DNA of 64,000 nucleotides from Nemertoderma westbladi (Eukaryota; Animalia; Xenacoelomorpha): contig JAUCBJ010007342.1 in the NCBI GenBank assembly GCA_032718475.1, positions 28,948 to 92,947 of the forward strand, given 5' to 3'. Shown piece after piece: positions 21,308-32,841 of the stretch. The notes beneath the pieces are model-generated. The model was not told the DNA's origin, did not search any database, and saw only the letters and a list, made by a program, of their open reading frames with translations. Numbering within the stretch: position 1 is the first letter of the stretch; every line of letters starts with the position of its first letter. The position numbers and the translations under genes were made by a program.

Positions 21308-23100
21308 CTAGAGACGGGCCTAGCGGCCCGTGAAGCAAGTCGTAGGAGACAGTAAAAGCTTTTTGTTCTGTCTGATAATAAATTAGCGTGAGGGTAGTCC
21401 CGGTGGTGTACAATAAATTTTCTAGACAACTTCAAACTATAATTATTATGTTGTAATTAATCATCTAATGAATTATAAAAGCTGTTGTGATTATAGAAGA
21501 TAAGAGAGCAGTTAGCGAAATGATTATTTTATTCTATCGGATAGAGTAGTCAGAGTCTCAGAGAGGAGTCGAGGTGTCAATTGATTAATAATAATAACAG
21601 CAGTTGTCATGAATTCAATACAATCGCGCACAAGAAGTGATAAGACAAATTCGTTCTTATTTTTGTAATAAATAAAACAAGTTGAGATGTTTCAATGTAA
21701 ACCGCGATTAACAATTTACACTGTTCAATGTTAGCCGTATGGAGAATCATTATGAGGCTGAGTAAACATACAGCCTCCACAGTATTATTAATTCCTGTAA
21801 GAAAAAAGCTACTGACTACTGCTACTGGCTATACTGACTACTGACTACAGACCTAGAGCAAAAACGGCGCTAACGATTTTGATGAAATTTTGCATGGACC
21901 ATGAAAATGGATTTCTAAGGGTACTTGTGAAATCGCGGTTTAAATTGAAACATCTCAACTTATTTTATTTCGAAAAGAAGCCCCAAAGCACGAAAATTGC
22001 CATAGGCGCATTGATAAAAACACCAGCTGGCACTCATGAAAAATGTATAGAGATATGGCCTGGTAATGCATTCAATAGGAAGGGCAACTAACATAGAAGT
22101 ACTTTCTCTGCCAAGTATTATCACTCGACTCTGCAACCCAGACAGTAAGCAAACCTTAACGGGTGTAAACGCTACGCCGACAACCGACAGCCGACAACCA
22201 ACGCCGACAACCATTATTAAAGCTAATTAATGTTAATTATTAATTGAGGGAACGGAACAGGTTACAGTTTAAGGTTATTCTAACCAAAACAATAAACGAG
22301 AGTCACGAACTCAAGTTACATTTTCATTTTTGCTGTTGTCGGCAGTGGTTGTCGGCTGTTGGTTGTCGGCGTAGCGTTTACACCCAACATTAACTGGTTT
22401 AGCTGGCTATTACAGTCTCAGCTGAATAACTCTTCCCAATGTTAATTAATTGGCGTGCAAGCTAAATGACTGTTAGTTTCACAGTGTGTTGGCTACACAG
22501 TGTATTGTACTGTTGTACTATTGTATTGTATGATCTCATTGAATTATTGTTTTATTTTGAAATCTTTGTGCCAACATTAATACTGTGGAGGCTGTATGTG
22601 GAGGCTGTAAGGCTGAATTTTTACTCAGCCTCATAATGATTCTCCATAAAGGCTAACATTATTGTTTGAAATATAAAAATCTGTTATAATAATAATATAA
22701 TTGTTGTATTTAATTAATATCGAGGTTTACAGTGAACAGTGTAAATTGTTAATCGCGTTTTACATTGAAACATCACATCTTGTGCTCGAGTGTATTGAAT
22801 TCATGACAACTGCTGTTATTATTATTAATCAATTGACACCTCGACTCCTCTCTGAGACTCCGACTACTCTATCCGATAGAATAAAATAATCATTTCGCTA
22901 ACTGCTCTCTATCTTCTATAATCACAACAGCTTTTATAATTCATTAGATGATTACAACATAATAATTATAGTTTGAAGTTGTCTAGAAAATTTTTCGTAC
23001 ACCACCGGGACTACCCTCACACTAATTTATTATCAGACAGAACAAAAAGCTTTTACTGTCTCCTACGACTTGCTTCACGGGCAGCTAGGCCCGTCTCTAG
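21308..23100. mobile_element. Non-autonomous DNA transposon with about 490-bp terminal inverted repeats
   Basis: 21308-~21795 (ctagagacgggcctagc...cagcctccacagtatt) is the near-perfect reverse complement of ~22580-23100; flanked by TA on both sides. Confidence 0.85.
22161..22385. mobile_element. Small MITE nested in the larger TIR element
   Basis: About 40-bp TIR GGGTGTAAACGCTACGCCGACAACC...; AAC direct repeat at 22158-22160 and 22386-22388 (3-bp TSD candidate). Confidence 0.8.
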
Positions 23101-23705
23101 TATATTATATGTCATGACAACTAGAGGCCGCCGCCGCCCACTTGTTTAGGAGAACTCTCTAGTGGATGCTACTTTTAAAATATCATGAATGATAACTGCA
23201 CATGTCGTCCCTTTGCCTACGCTTTACAATTGTACCACTTTTATGGTACCACTTACTAAACTGTAGGTTTACCAAGATATAAACATTAATCGACAGACTT
23301 ACTTCGCTAGCAATGTTATTTTTGATAGTATTTATCCATATTAAATGGTTCATTTTAATGTATATAAATTATTGTTCATATTTATTGAAAAATTATTAAA
23401 TATTTTAAAGGTACAGTAAATTAATTTGCAGTGAGTATTTATTTACTATAGATATTATATTATAATAGGGCAGTAAGTCATTTGGTGCCAAAATATTCCG
23501 CCTTTTTTCGTTGTTAAAGTAATCTCCACGGCAGGATAAATTTAATTAAATGCAAATAAATGCAAAATAAGTGTAAATTCATTTACAAATTACAAGTGTT
23601 GTAAAATGCATTAAATGCAGTGTAAATGTAAAATTTGCATTTATTTAATGCAAAACAGTATAAATTAATTGAGAACATCGGAGGGCAGGCCTTGTGGTAA
23701 TACAT

Positions 23706-24851
23706 TACGCCCACCCCTACCCTTGGGTAGCAGATAGGAGTAACGCCCACCCCTACCCTCGGGTAGCAGATAGGAGTAGCGCCTAGCCCTACCCTCGGGT
23801 AGCAGATAGGAGTAACGCCCACCCCTACCCTCGGGTAGCAGATAGGAGTAGCGCCTAGCCCTACCCTCGGGTAGCAGATAGGAGTAGCGCCCACCCCTAC
23901 CCTCGGGTAGCAGATAGGAGTAGCGCCCACCCCTACCTTCGGGTAGCAGATAGGAGTAGCGCCCACCCCTACCTTCGGGTAGCAGATAGGAGTAGCGCCC
24001 ACCCCTACCCTCGGGTAGCAGATAGGAGTAGCGCCCACCCCTACCCTCGGGTAGCATATAGGAGTAGCGCCCACCCCTACCTTCGGGTAGCAGATAGGAG
24101 TAGCGCCCACCCCTACCCTCGGGTAGCATATAGGAGTAGCGCCCACCCCTACCCTCGGGTAGCAGATAGGAGTAGCGCCCAGCCTTACCCTCGGGTAGCA
24201 GATAGGAGTAGCGCCCATCCTTACCTTTGGGTAGCAGGTAGGAGGAGTAGCGCCCACCCCTACCTTCGGGTAGCAGATAGTAGTAGCGCCCATCCTTACC
24301 CTCGGGTAGCAGATAGGAGTAGCGCCCATCCTTACCCTCGGGTAGCAGATAGGAGTAGCGCCCATCCTTACCCTCGGGTAGCAGATAGGAGTAGCGCCCA
24401 TCCTTACCCTCGGGTAGCAGATAGGAGTAGCGCCCCCCCTTACCCTCGGGTAGCAGATAGGAGTAGCGCCCATCCTTACCCTCGGGTAGCAGATAGGAGT
24501 AGCGCCCATCCTTACCCTCGGGTAGCAGATAGGAGTAGCGCCCATCCTTACCCTCGGGTAGCAGATAGGAGTAGCGCCCATCCTTACCCTCGGGTAGCAG
24601 ATAGGAGTAACGCCAATCCCTACCTTCGGGTAGCAGATATGTGTAGCGCCCACCCCTACATTCGGGTAGCAGATAGGAGTAGCGCCCACCCCTACCTTCG
24701 GGTAGCAGATAGGAGTAGCGCCTACACCTTCGGGTAGCAGATAGGAGTAGCGCCCACCCCTACCCTCAGGTAGCAGATTGGAGTAGCGCCCACCCCTACC
24801 TTTGGGTAGCAGATAGGAGTAGCGCCTACCCCTACCTTCGGGTAGCAGATA
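23706..24851. repeat. 36-bp satellite, left block (about 31 units)
   Basis: Unit gtagcagataggagtagcgcccacccctaccttcgg in tandem. Confidence 0.97.
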
Positions 24852-25166
24852 TTTTTTTTTTGATTGATGCGCTTGTTGGCGCCATCATCCGGACCAGCCG
24901 GCATTTAATTAGACTTCACTTTAGTAAAAACCAAAAATTACAGTATAGGTACACATCAAAATTGCACTAATAGCACATCAAACACGTTATTAATAATGCA
25001 TAACAAAACAGCATAATAAAATCATGGATCGTGATAAAAGTATAGTACAGTATTGTTATAGGATAACATTAGACACATACCAACATTATTAACAATCATC
25101 ATTAAATATATCACTACACACAGAACTCAATCGATATTTGTTGCAATGAGACATTAATGCTTCCAC

Positions 25167-27161
25167 CTAAAATTGAAAGTAGTTGTGGACCAGGCTTACT
25201 TTGTTAGCGAAGGTTAAACCATTTGTAGCATAACAGGCTCTCAGAAAGTTGTAGCTACCAAAGTCTGTGGTAGTTGCTGCACCTTCATCCATCCGTGATC
25301 TCAGTTCCTCATTGGAGTAGGTATAGTTTAGCATATTAAACATGGATGGAAGGCCTGATGTCTGTCTAGCAATCTCGTATGTGTGACTCAGCCCCATCTT
25401 CACGTTATTTGACGCAAGTGAATTCGTCATCAACAAGTACCGCAGATTCTGCTGGAGTGACTCCTTTGGACATCGAGATATCCGTCTAATCAATCCAATT
25501 GAGCGTTCTGACACAAGATTACTAAGTGAAGATGCTCCATACAGCAAGCATAGAGCTGAGTTTGACACACGATTATTACAGTACATGAGACCACGCATGA
25601 TTTTACGAAACTGTCCATTCAGCGATTCCACTTCAGTACCTGAAAGCATTCCAAAATTAAATTCTAGGCCATAAAGGATACCAGGCACAGCGACAGCATT
25701 CCATAGCCTGGCAATGCATTCCGCAGGAAATTGCCGTACTGTCCAACCCCTGGTGTGGAAGATCGCCCCCATTGACGATATCCTGCGTCGACATTCATTT
25801 AGAAGCTGGTATGGAGATTGGTAGAAAGTAAATCCAAGGAAAGATATTGACTTAGTGAACAGTACATTTGTACCAAGGATTGATAGCGTTCTGTCAGAGA
25901 GACTCTGCACTTTAGATGACCCATTTACCATTGTCCAGTGAGTTTTACTTATGGAGATAGAAAGTCCAATTTTCTTTAGCTCGGTATCCAGAAGTACCAT
26001 CATATTGTCGATGTCCCCACCGCATTCAGCAAATAAAATGATATCGTCGGCATAGTTGAGGATGGAGACACTGCGATTCATAATAATTCTACACCCCAGT
26101 CCAGAATTCTTAACAGCCTCAATTGCATCAGAAATATAAAAATTAAACAGGATCGGTGAAAGGATAGATCCTTGCTTAACTCCATTTCTTGGAGTGAAGC
26201 TATTGATGTCAACCTCCTCACCAAATTTGAAAAAGAAACGGCCACTAAGGTAATACTGCAGAAGGAGTCTACACACTGATGGATTTATAACACTGGATAA
26301 CTTCTCAAACAGAACTCTGAAGTCAACTGTGTCGAATGCTGAGTCAATATCTGTCTGGCACAAGTACACTGGAGCTCGGCTACTGTTAAAGTGGTTTATA
26401 ATCTCATATGCTAGACTGATAGAAGTGTCACACCCAATGCCTTTCTGGTACGCCATCGACAGCTCATGCGGTTTTATGACACTCCGAAGAAATTCTGAGA
26501 GGCAAATCGCTTCCAAGATCTTTGCAATAATATTGACCGTAGACACCGGACGATATGAGGATGGATGAAATCTATCTTTCCTGTGACCCTTATAGATACA
26601 TGTAATTATCGTCTCCCCAAGAAGTTGGGGACAATGACCTAGGCGCAACGATGTTCTAAAGATATTGTGGAGAACCCCTACAACAAGAGTTGGATTAAGA
26701 GCTAGTAGGTGCTCCACTACTAGTGATGCAGAGTCTGGCGACTTATTTTTGTTCAACGAGAGAATCGCAGTCCTTATGGTTTCTGATGAAATTTCGGGTA
26801 CAGTTGAGTTGTTACAGATGAGATCAAGTTTGCTTTTGATATCGGTATAAACCTGTTTATCTTTTTTCTGTAGCTGATTCTGAATATGAGCCCGCACGGA
26901 GTCCCTTGAGTTTGCAGGAACATTATTACCACCATCATCTTTCAGACGACCTTTTGTGTCCATAGTTCTCCAGAAGGATCTATCGTTGTTTAGGTTTTTG
27001 ACGAGGTGGCACTCTGCTAAGTTCCGAAACAATTTATTCTTCAGTCTCCGAGTAGCTTTCCGTGATGCCTTAATGTCCTTCAATAGAGGATCCTGTGGAT
27101 CAGACCCATTCCGGAGCCAAAGGTGGTGCAGTTTGGATGTTGTTTTAGAGTAGTCCTTCAA
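25167..27161 (-). CDS. LINE ORF2, reverse transcriptase part
   Basis: SYRPVS, DIDSAFDTV, GVKQGSILSPILFN, YADD, FLG. In frame with 28337..27186 across one TGA at 27188-27186. Confidence 0.93.
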   Translation of the reverse strand: MKDYSKTTSKLHHLWLRNGSDPQDPLLKDIKASRKATRRLKNKLFRNLAECHLVKNLNNDRSFWRTMDTKGRLKDDGGNNVPANSRDSVRAHIQNQLQKKDKQVYTDIKSKLDLICNNSTVPEISSETIRTAILSLNKNKSPDSASLVVEHLLALNPTLVVGVLHNIFRTSLRLGHCPQLLGETIITCIYKGHRKDRFHPSSYRPVSTVNIIAKILEAICLSEFLRSVIKPHELSMAYQKGIGCDTSISLAYEIINHFNSSRAPVYLCQTDIDSAFDTVDFRVLFEKLSSVINPSVCRLLLQYYLSGRFFFKFGEEVDINSFTPRNGVKQGSILSPILFNFYISDAIEAVKNSGLGCRIIMNRSVSILNYADDIILFAECGGDIDNMMVLLDTELKKIGLSISISKTHWTMVNGSSKVQSLSDRTLSILGTNVLFTKSISFLGFTFYQSPYQLLNECRRRISSMGAIFHTRGWTVRQFPAECIARLWNAVAVPGILYGLEFNFGMLSGTEVESLNGQFRKIMRGLMYCNNRVSNSALCLLYGASSLSNLVSERSIGLIRRISRCPKESLQQNLRYLLMTNSLASNNVKMGLSHTYEIARQTSGLPSMFNMLNYTYSNEELRSRMDEGAATTTDFGSYNFLRACYATNGLTFANKVSLVHNYFQF

Positions 27162-27185
27162 CCTTTCATTGCGAATACGTAGATT

Positions 27186-28337
27186 TCATGTTCTTTTCTG
27201 CATCTTCTTGTGAGGTATATTCTCAATGGCTGAACGGAAAATCGCTACAGAGACTTCCAGAGTGAAGGAGTCCAGGTCATTTTTTGACCATGAGTCTGAT
27301 GGGGGATAACATTCTAAGATTTTAGACATTTTCTGCTCGAAGGCATTATTATATACTAGTATCTGACTAGAGGTAGCTTTCCCCCAGTGAAATCGAGTTA
27401 ATTTACGAATATTTAAGCTTTCAGGTACGGTAGCACCACCAGGCAAGTCAAGTTCCATTGTAATTGCAAAATGATCTGAGAAGTTCATTTTATCTGGGGC
27501 TGAATTCACTGGATCCTCAAAGAGTACCTTACCTGAGAGTACCCGAAGCTGGTTAGTGCCAACAATATGGTCGATGTAAGATGTAGCTCCACTGGTATCA
27601 CAGTGGAAGGTAAATTGGGGACCACTGATACATGATTTCGTATCTAGACATGATGCATGTATGTTTTCTAAGAATTCTAAAAGGTTTCTTCCACGTTGAG
27701 TAGGCACTGTTCTACAGAATCGTGTGCAATTTGAACTACCAATATCAGCATTAAAATCACCCAGTACAATAGGCACTGCTGATGGATGTGCCACAATGGT
27801 ATCCTCGAGTCTTCCAATAAAATCAGTGTACTCTTCTTGGGGCTTAGAAGCATCAGGAGCATAAACACTAAGCATAAGAAGTTGTGACCCCATGAAGGAG
27901 GTTAGGGCACCAACAATGTCATCCTTGGAGCGTACCGGGCAGATATTTTTGAAAATTTTTGTATCAAGGATAAGAGCTACACCACCAACTCCTCTTTTCC
28001 TATTAGGATTGTTCATTTTTTCAGATACAGAAAATAGGCATCTAAAATTGCTGGACAGCCTTTTATTAAAAACTCCAGCCATCTCCTGGTGATCACACCA
28101 GTGTTCCTGTAGTGCTAGAATACAATTAGTACGTAGTAGTTCATCAACATAGGCAAGGTTTGTCGCAATTCCATGACAATTAAGAGTTGCGCAGTGTAAA
28201 GAGTTAGTATCGGTATCTTCTCGGCACACCAAATTCCCCTCCTGTACGACTTCCCCCCCTACATCTGGCAATGTGTCCTTGACGTCCATAAAAGGGCACC
28301 GTTTGTTCCATCTTGTCTGTTGCATCAGTAAAAGCAT
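27186..28337 (-). CDS. LINE ORF2, apurinic-like endonuclease part (ends at a premature in-frame TGA)
   Basis: TLNCHG, LALQEHW, GGVAL, SVYAP, GDFNAD, SYIDHI and SDH motifs. Confidence 0.92.
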   Translation of the reverse strand: MLLLMQQTRWNKRCPFMDVKDTLPDVGGEVVQEGNLVCREDTDTNSLHCATLNCHGIATNLAYVDELLRTNCILALQEHWCDHQEMAGVFNKRLSSNFRCLFSVSEKMNNPNRKRGVGGVALILDTKIFKNICPVRSKDDIVGALTSFMGSQLLMLSVYAPDASKPQEEYTDFIGRLEDTIVAHPSAVPIVLGDFNADIGSSNCTRFCRTVPTQRGRNLLEFLENIHASCLDTKSCISGPQFTFHCDTSGATSYIDHIVGTNQLRVLSGKVLFEDPVNSAPDKMNFSDHFAITMELDLPGGATVPESLNIRKLTRFHWGKATSSQILVYNNAFEQKMSKILECYPPSDSWSKNDLDSFTLEVSVAIFRSAIENIPHKKMQKRT

Positions 28338-31300
28338 ACTGGCGGTATTCCCATTCTACACATACAAATCCTTGTGGCCAGAATCCTGTTGAGGTTAGAG
28401 CACTGGCATCATTTGCATTCACCACTAACTGCATGTTCTTATCCCTATTGTAGAACCTTGTAGAAATTTTTAGCACTTTAATTCCCACCTCGTTACAGTA
28501 TCCATCAATCAAACCCTCGGCACAGTCAGCCTTCATTCCAGTGAGATATAAGGTTTTAGTCTGAGCACACGTATCACCTTGATTTAACTGCCTTTTATTG
28601 TGATTGTATAATACTGGGTTAACCTTATCACTCTCACTACCTGGTCGTTTAAATCTGTGGCCTGATGTCATTGATGACCCAAAAGGATGTGAGATAGGTT
28701 TAGAGTCTTCCAAATCATCAGGTGTATGACTAAGGACCGTGAACCTATTGTCACAATTTACAGCCGGTCTACTGTTGTGTAGTCTTGTTTGGTGATGTAA
28801 CTCATCTCTGGGCCTATGTGACTGCCTGACCATATGAAAAGGCTTTTCTATATTACCTTCTATAACTCTGCTTTGTCTGACCTTATCACCATCAAGAATC
28901 TTTAGATCCCCATTGATACCAGGGCGAGATCTACCATGACCATGTGAAACTTGCATATTTCTGTTGAATGGACCTGTTGACACTGTTCTACTCTTACCCA
29001 TATTCATTTCAAGACTCTGTGTTTGGTTGCTAGTATGACTCTCTATCGGTTTCCCCCATGCATTGTGGGTTAGTTTTCCTGTGGGGTTTTGAACATCTAT
29101 GGGTTTGTCTGATACAATGTGCTGAACATGCTTCACATACTCATTATTACAATCGCCCCTCTCAGTTACAGTATGTCTTCCTTGTGAGACCCTCAACGGA
29201 TTACTCGCAACAGCACTATCACACATAACCGATCTTGTTATATGTCGTGTACGTCTCTCATTTTCAAGCTGATCCCTTAGATCTATATTTTCTTGCTCAA
29301 GAGACTTTACCCTTAGTTCCATTCCTGATAGTCTACTTTGTATGTGACCAATAAGTGCATGAATCTCCATGCTAGCAGGTGGTTGGGCAGGAAGGAATTC
29401 TCGCTTCAAACGTTTCTTACAGGCCGCTGTTAAGGTTCCATTTACACGTGATCTATGAAGCTCGAAAATGTCCTGTGCCAGTTGCGCTTCTGATGATCTA
29501 TGGTTCAAGTGAAAGGTAACTGTCTCCGAAGCACTCAGAGTTGGTTTGATCTCTGAGAAAAGGCAGATGCGTGCATTCATGAGTTCATTAAACTTCCTAT
29601 TACTTAACTTTGACACAGCATATTTACGGGGCAGTTGAAGAATCCTCTGTATACTTTGGCTGATTGGTGAGACCATTAGTTTGGAAGGCGAGATGTGTTT
29701 CGATTCGTCCCTTCCTTGACAATTGGGTATCAAAGAACCAACCAGTACATCAGTTGACTTCCTAGTATTTGACGTCGGTGGTTCAAATTCATCGGGGGCA
29801 TAGTATTTCACATTGTCCAGGCATTTAGAAATCCAATTTCTACATCTATCACTGTCAGTGTGAAAATGTGAAACTTTGGAGTTAGTGGCGATTGCGTTAG
29901 CAAAGAGGCAGACGTAAACTCCACAGTCATAAGAGTTCTCCTGTGTTGGGTACTTGTGACCGCTAGGGGTAGTTGTAACTTTCCATGCATGCTGTCTTTC
30001 CCGGTTTTCATATTTGTCTATTGCCGGCTCACTGGTGGTCAGGTTGTCCATTAGGTTTAATAACTCACAGATTTGGAAAGCTATTTTACCTGGCAGTGAT
30101 GCGGTTGATGAGATGGTGTATACAAGTCGCATCTTCAGATCAGCCACATGAAGAACAAAATGTTCTTTGTTATAACATTCTGGTATCAGTAAAAACTCAG
30201 GTCTGGCAGACATGTATTTGCCGAAATATGGAATGGCCATAAGTTGGATGGCGAATAAAGTATCGTATTTTTCCACTGCTAGTTTCTGACATAAATCACT
30301 TTGAACTGATGCCACATGTGGGAATTGCTTTCTAAGTAAGCCAAGAAAACTATCCACTACAGTGTCGCTCAGCCACTCTTTACATTCTAGGGTTTTCATA
30401 TCCTTTCGCTCAGGAAGGACGTTTGGTGGCTGATCATTGTTCAGTTGATTTAGGTATATGGTAATTTGTTCAAGATCAGCCATTTTGGGTTGTAAGTTTT
30501 TGTCAATTTTTTTGACAAAGTGTATATCTACATCATCCTCATTTTTATGAGCCCCAATTTTGTCCACGAAATGCACATCCGCTTCATCTACCTTAGTTTT
30601 ATTTTCACTATGTCTCTTAGTGTTATCGCTTTCATTGAAAGTATAAACAATATTTGTTTTACTAAAAGTTACCTTTTTTGTGAAAATTATGTCGTCTGTA
30701 CATGATGAAACTTTTGGTTTAAAAAAATGAGTTATCAGATTTTTAGGATTAGGCATATACTGGGTTCCCCAGTTCTTTATAGCTAGAGTATCTGTTTGCA
30801 AACCCGGAGGGTCCATGGAAGACATTGGCGAGCGCCCACTCGTAGAATGGGGATCCGCTGGTGATCCACTCGGAGGCGTGGTAACCGCTGGTGAACCACT
30901 CGGAGGTGGGGGAACCTCTGGCGAGCCACTCGTAGGCGGGAGATCCACTGGTGAACCACTCGGAGGCGTGGGAACCACTGGCGAACCACTCATAGGCGAG
31001 AGATCCGCTGGTGAACCACTCAGAGGCGTGGGAACCGCTGGCGAACCACACGTAGACGGCAGATCCGCTGGCGAACCACTCGTAGGCCGGAGATCCGCTG
31101 GCAAGCCACTCGGAGGCGTGGGAACCTCTGGTGAACCACTCATAGGTTGTGGAACCGCTGGCGACCCACTCGTAGGCGGGAGACCCGCTGACGAACCACT
31201 CAGTGGTGGGGGAACTGCTGGCGAAACACTCGTAGGCGGGAGATCCGCTGGCGAATCATTCGGAGGCGTTGGAACCTCTGGCGAACCACTCATAGGTTGT

Positions 31301-32841
31301 GGAACCGCTGGTGAACCACTCATAGGTGGGTGATCCGCTGTCGAACCACTCAGAGGTGGGGAAACCGCTGGAGAACCACTCGTAGGCGGGAGATCCGCTG
31401 GTGAACCACTCAGAGGTGGGGAAACCACTGGCGGACCACTCGTAGGCGGGAGATCCGCTGACGATCCACTCGGAGGCGTGGGAACCGCTGGCAAAACACT
31501 CGGAGGCGTGGGAACCGCTGACGAACCACTCAAAGGTGGGGGAACCGCTGGCGAACCACTCAAAGGTGGGGGAACCGCTGGGGAACCACTTGGGGGCGTG
31601 GTATCTGATGGCGAACCATTCGGAGGCATGGGAACCGCTGTCGAACCACTCGGAGGCATGGGAACCACTGGCGAACCACTCGGAGGCGTGGGAACCGCCG
31701 GCGACACACTCTGAGGTGGGGGAACCGCTGGCGAACCACTCAGAGGTGGGGGAACCACTGGGGAACCACTCGGAGGCGTGGTATCCGATGACAAACCATT
31801 CCGAGGTGTGGGAAACGCTGGCGAACCACTAGGAGGCGTGGGAACCGCTGACGAACCACTCAAAGTTGGGGGAATCGCTGGGGAACCACTCAGAAGTGGG
31901 GGAAACGCTGGCGAACCATTCGGAGGCGAAGGATCTGATGGCGAACCACTCGGAGGCGTTGGAACCGCTGGCGAACCACTCGGAGGCGTGGGAACCGATG
32001 ACAAACCACTCAAAGGTGGGGGAATCGCTGGGGAACCACTCGGAGGCGTGGTATCTGATGGCGAACCATTCGGAGGTGTGGGAACCACTGTCGAACCACT
32101 AGGAGGCGTGGGAACTGCTGGCAAACCACTCGGAGGCGTGGGAACCGCAGGCGACCCATTCTGAGGTGGGGGAACCACTGGCGTCCCACTCAGTGGTGGA
32201 GGAACCGCTGGCGACCCACTCAGAGGTGGGGGAACTGCTGGCGAACCACTCAGAGGCGTGGGAACCGCTGGCGACCCACTCAGAGGTGGGGGAACCGCTG
32301 GCGAACCACTCAGAGGCGAGGGAAGCGCTGGCGATGAAATGTTACATGTTACCACGGCCGCTGGATGTTTATAGAAATGAGTTATCAGGTTATTAGATTT
32401 ATGCATTTCCTGGGGTCCCCAGTTCTTTGTAGCCGGTAGGTCCATGGGATCTGTTGGCGAGACCACCGCAGTCGATGGATCCCTTAGCGAACCCTCCGCA
32501 GTTGAGGGATCCTTAGGCGAACCCGCCGTGGTTGAGGAATCCTTTAGCGAACCCGCCGATGTCGAGGAATCCTTTAGAGCACCCGCCGCGGTCGATTTGA
32601 TCAAACTCGGCGGGTCCCGGAGTCCCTCGGAACCGGACTTCGCGTCGGCGTTAACTCCGTTGGTAGAGCCTGATAGATCCTCTGGAAAGATTGCATTACT
32701 CTTTCGATCCAAGAGTGATAACGCACGCTTTAGTTTCTCTGCACGAGTTCCTGCAGTCGGCAAATCATTTTTGTCGAGAAACCGTTTAAGATTGTTGGTG
32801 TTCATCTTCCGAATGCGTACATATTCCATTTTCTTCGGCAC
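28204..32841 (-). CDS. LINE ORF1 (1545 aa): SAP-like motif, Pro/Ser 10-aa array, Ulp1/C48 protease-like domain, coiled coil, RRM-like C-terminus
   Basis: LKRFLDKNDLPTAGTRAEKLKRAL (SAP-like); WLSDTVVDSFL, HFVLHVADL, QENSYDCGVYVC (C48-like); LYLTGM...FWPQGFVCVEW (CR1/L2 ORF1 RRM-like). Confidence 0.85.
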   Translation of the reverse strand: MPKKMEYVRIRKMNTNNLKRFLDKNDLPTAGTRAEKLKRALSLLDRKSNAIFPEDLSGSTNGVNADAKSGSEGLRDPPSLIKSTAAGALKDSSTSAGSLKDSSTTAGSPKDPSTAEGSLRDPSTAVVSPTDPMDLPATKNWGPQEMHKSNNLITHFYKHPAAVVTCNISSPALPSPLSGSPAVPPPLSGSPAVPTPLSGSPAVPPPLSGSPAVPPPLSGTPVVPPPQNGSPAVPTPPSGLPAVPTPPSGSTVVPTPPNGSPSDTTPPSGSPAIPPPLSGLSSVPTPPSGSPAVPTPPSGSPSDPSPPNGSPAFPPLLSGSPAIPPTLSGSSAVPTPPSGSPAFPTPRNGLSSDTTPPSGSPVVPPPLSGSPAVPPPQSVSPAVPTPPSGSPVVPMPPSGSTAVPMPPNGSPSDTTPPSGSPAVPPPLSGSPAVPPPLSGSSAVPTPPSVLPAVPTPPSGSSADLPPTSGPPVVSPPLSGSPADLPPTSGSPAVSPPLSGSTADHPPMSGSPAVPQPMSGSPEVPTPPNDSPADLPPTSVSPAVPPPLSGSSAGLPPTSGSPAVPQPMSGSPEVPTPPSGLPADLRPTSGSPADLPSTCGSPAVPTPLSGSPADLSPMSGSPVVPTPPSGSPVDLPPTSGSPEVPPPPSGSPAVTTPPSGSPADPHSTSGRSPMSSMDPPGLQTDTLAIKNWGTQYMPNPKNLITHFFKPKVSSCTDDIIFTKKVTFSKTNIVYTFNESDNTKRHSENKTKVDEADVHFVDKIGAHKNEDDVDIHFVKKIDKNLQPKMADLEQITIYLNQLNNDQPPNVLPERKDMKTLECKEWLSDTVVDSFLGLLRKQFPHVASVQSDLCQKLAVEKYDTLFAIQLMAIPYFGKYMSARPEFLLIPECYNKEHFVLHVADLKMRLVYTISSTASLPGKIAFQICELLNLMDNLTTSEPAIDKYENRERQHAWKVTTTPSGHKYPTQENSYDCGVYVCLFANAIATNSKVSHFHTDSDRCRNWISKCLDNVKYYAPDEFEPPTSNTRKSTDVLVGSLIPNCQGRDESKHISPSKLMVSPISQSIQRILQLPRKYAVSKLSNRKFNELMNARICLFSEIKPTLSASETVTFHLNHRSSEAQLAQDIFELHRSRVNGTLTAACKKRLKREFLPAQPPASMEIHALIGHIQSRLSGMELRVKSLEQENIDLRDQLENERRTRHITRSVMCDSAVASNPLRVSQGRHTVTERGDCNNEYVKHVQHIVSDKPIDVQNPTGKLTHNAWGKPIESHTSNQTQSLEMNMGKSRTVSTGPFNRNMQVSHGHGRSRPGINGDLKILDGDKVRQSRVIEGNIEKPFHMVRQSHRPRDELHHQTRLHNSRPAVNCDNRFTVLSHTPDDLEDSKPISHPFGSSMTSGHRFKRPGSESDKVNPVLYNHNKRQLNQGDTCAQTKTLYLTGMKADCAEGLIDGYCNEVGIKVLKISTRFYNRDKNMQLVVNANDASALTSTGFWPQGFVCVEWEYRQYAFTDATDKMEQTVPFYGRQGHIARCRGGSRTGGEFGVPRRYRY
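30830..32335. repeat. 30-bp coding minisatellite in LINE ORF1 (about 50 units, GSPAVPTPPS)
   Basis: Unit ggaaccgctggcgaaccactcggaggcgtg with exact 30-bp period and no frame-breaking indels. Confidence 0.95.
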
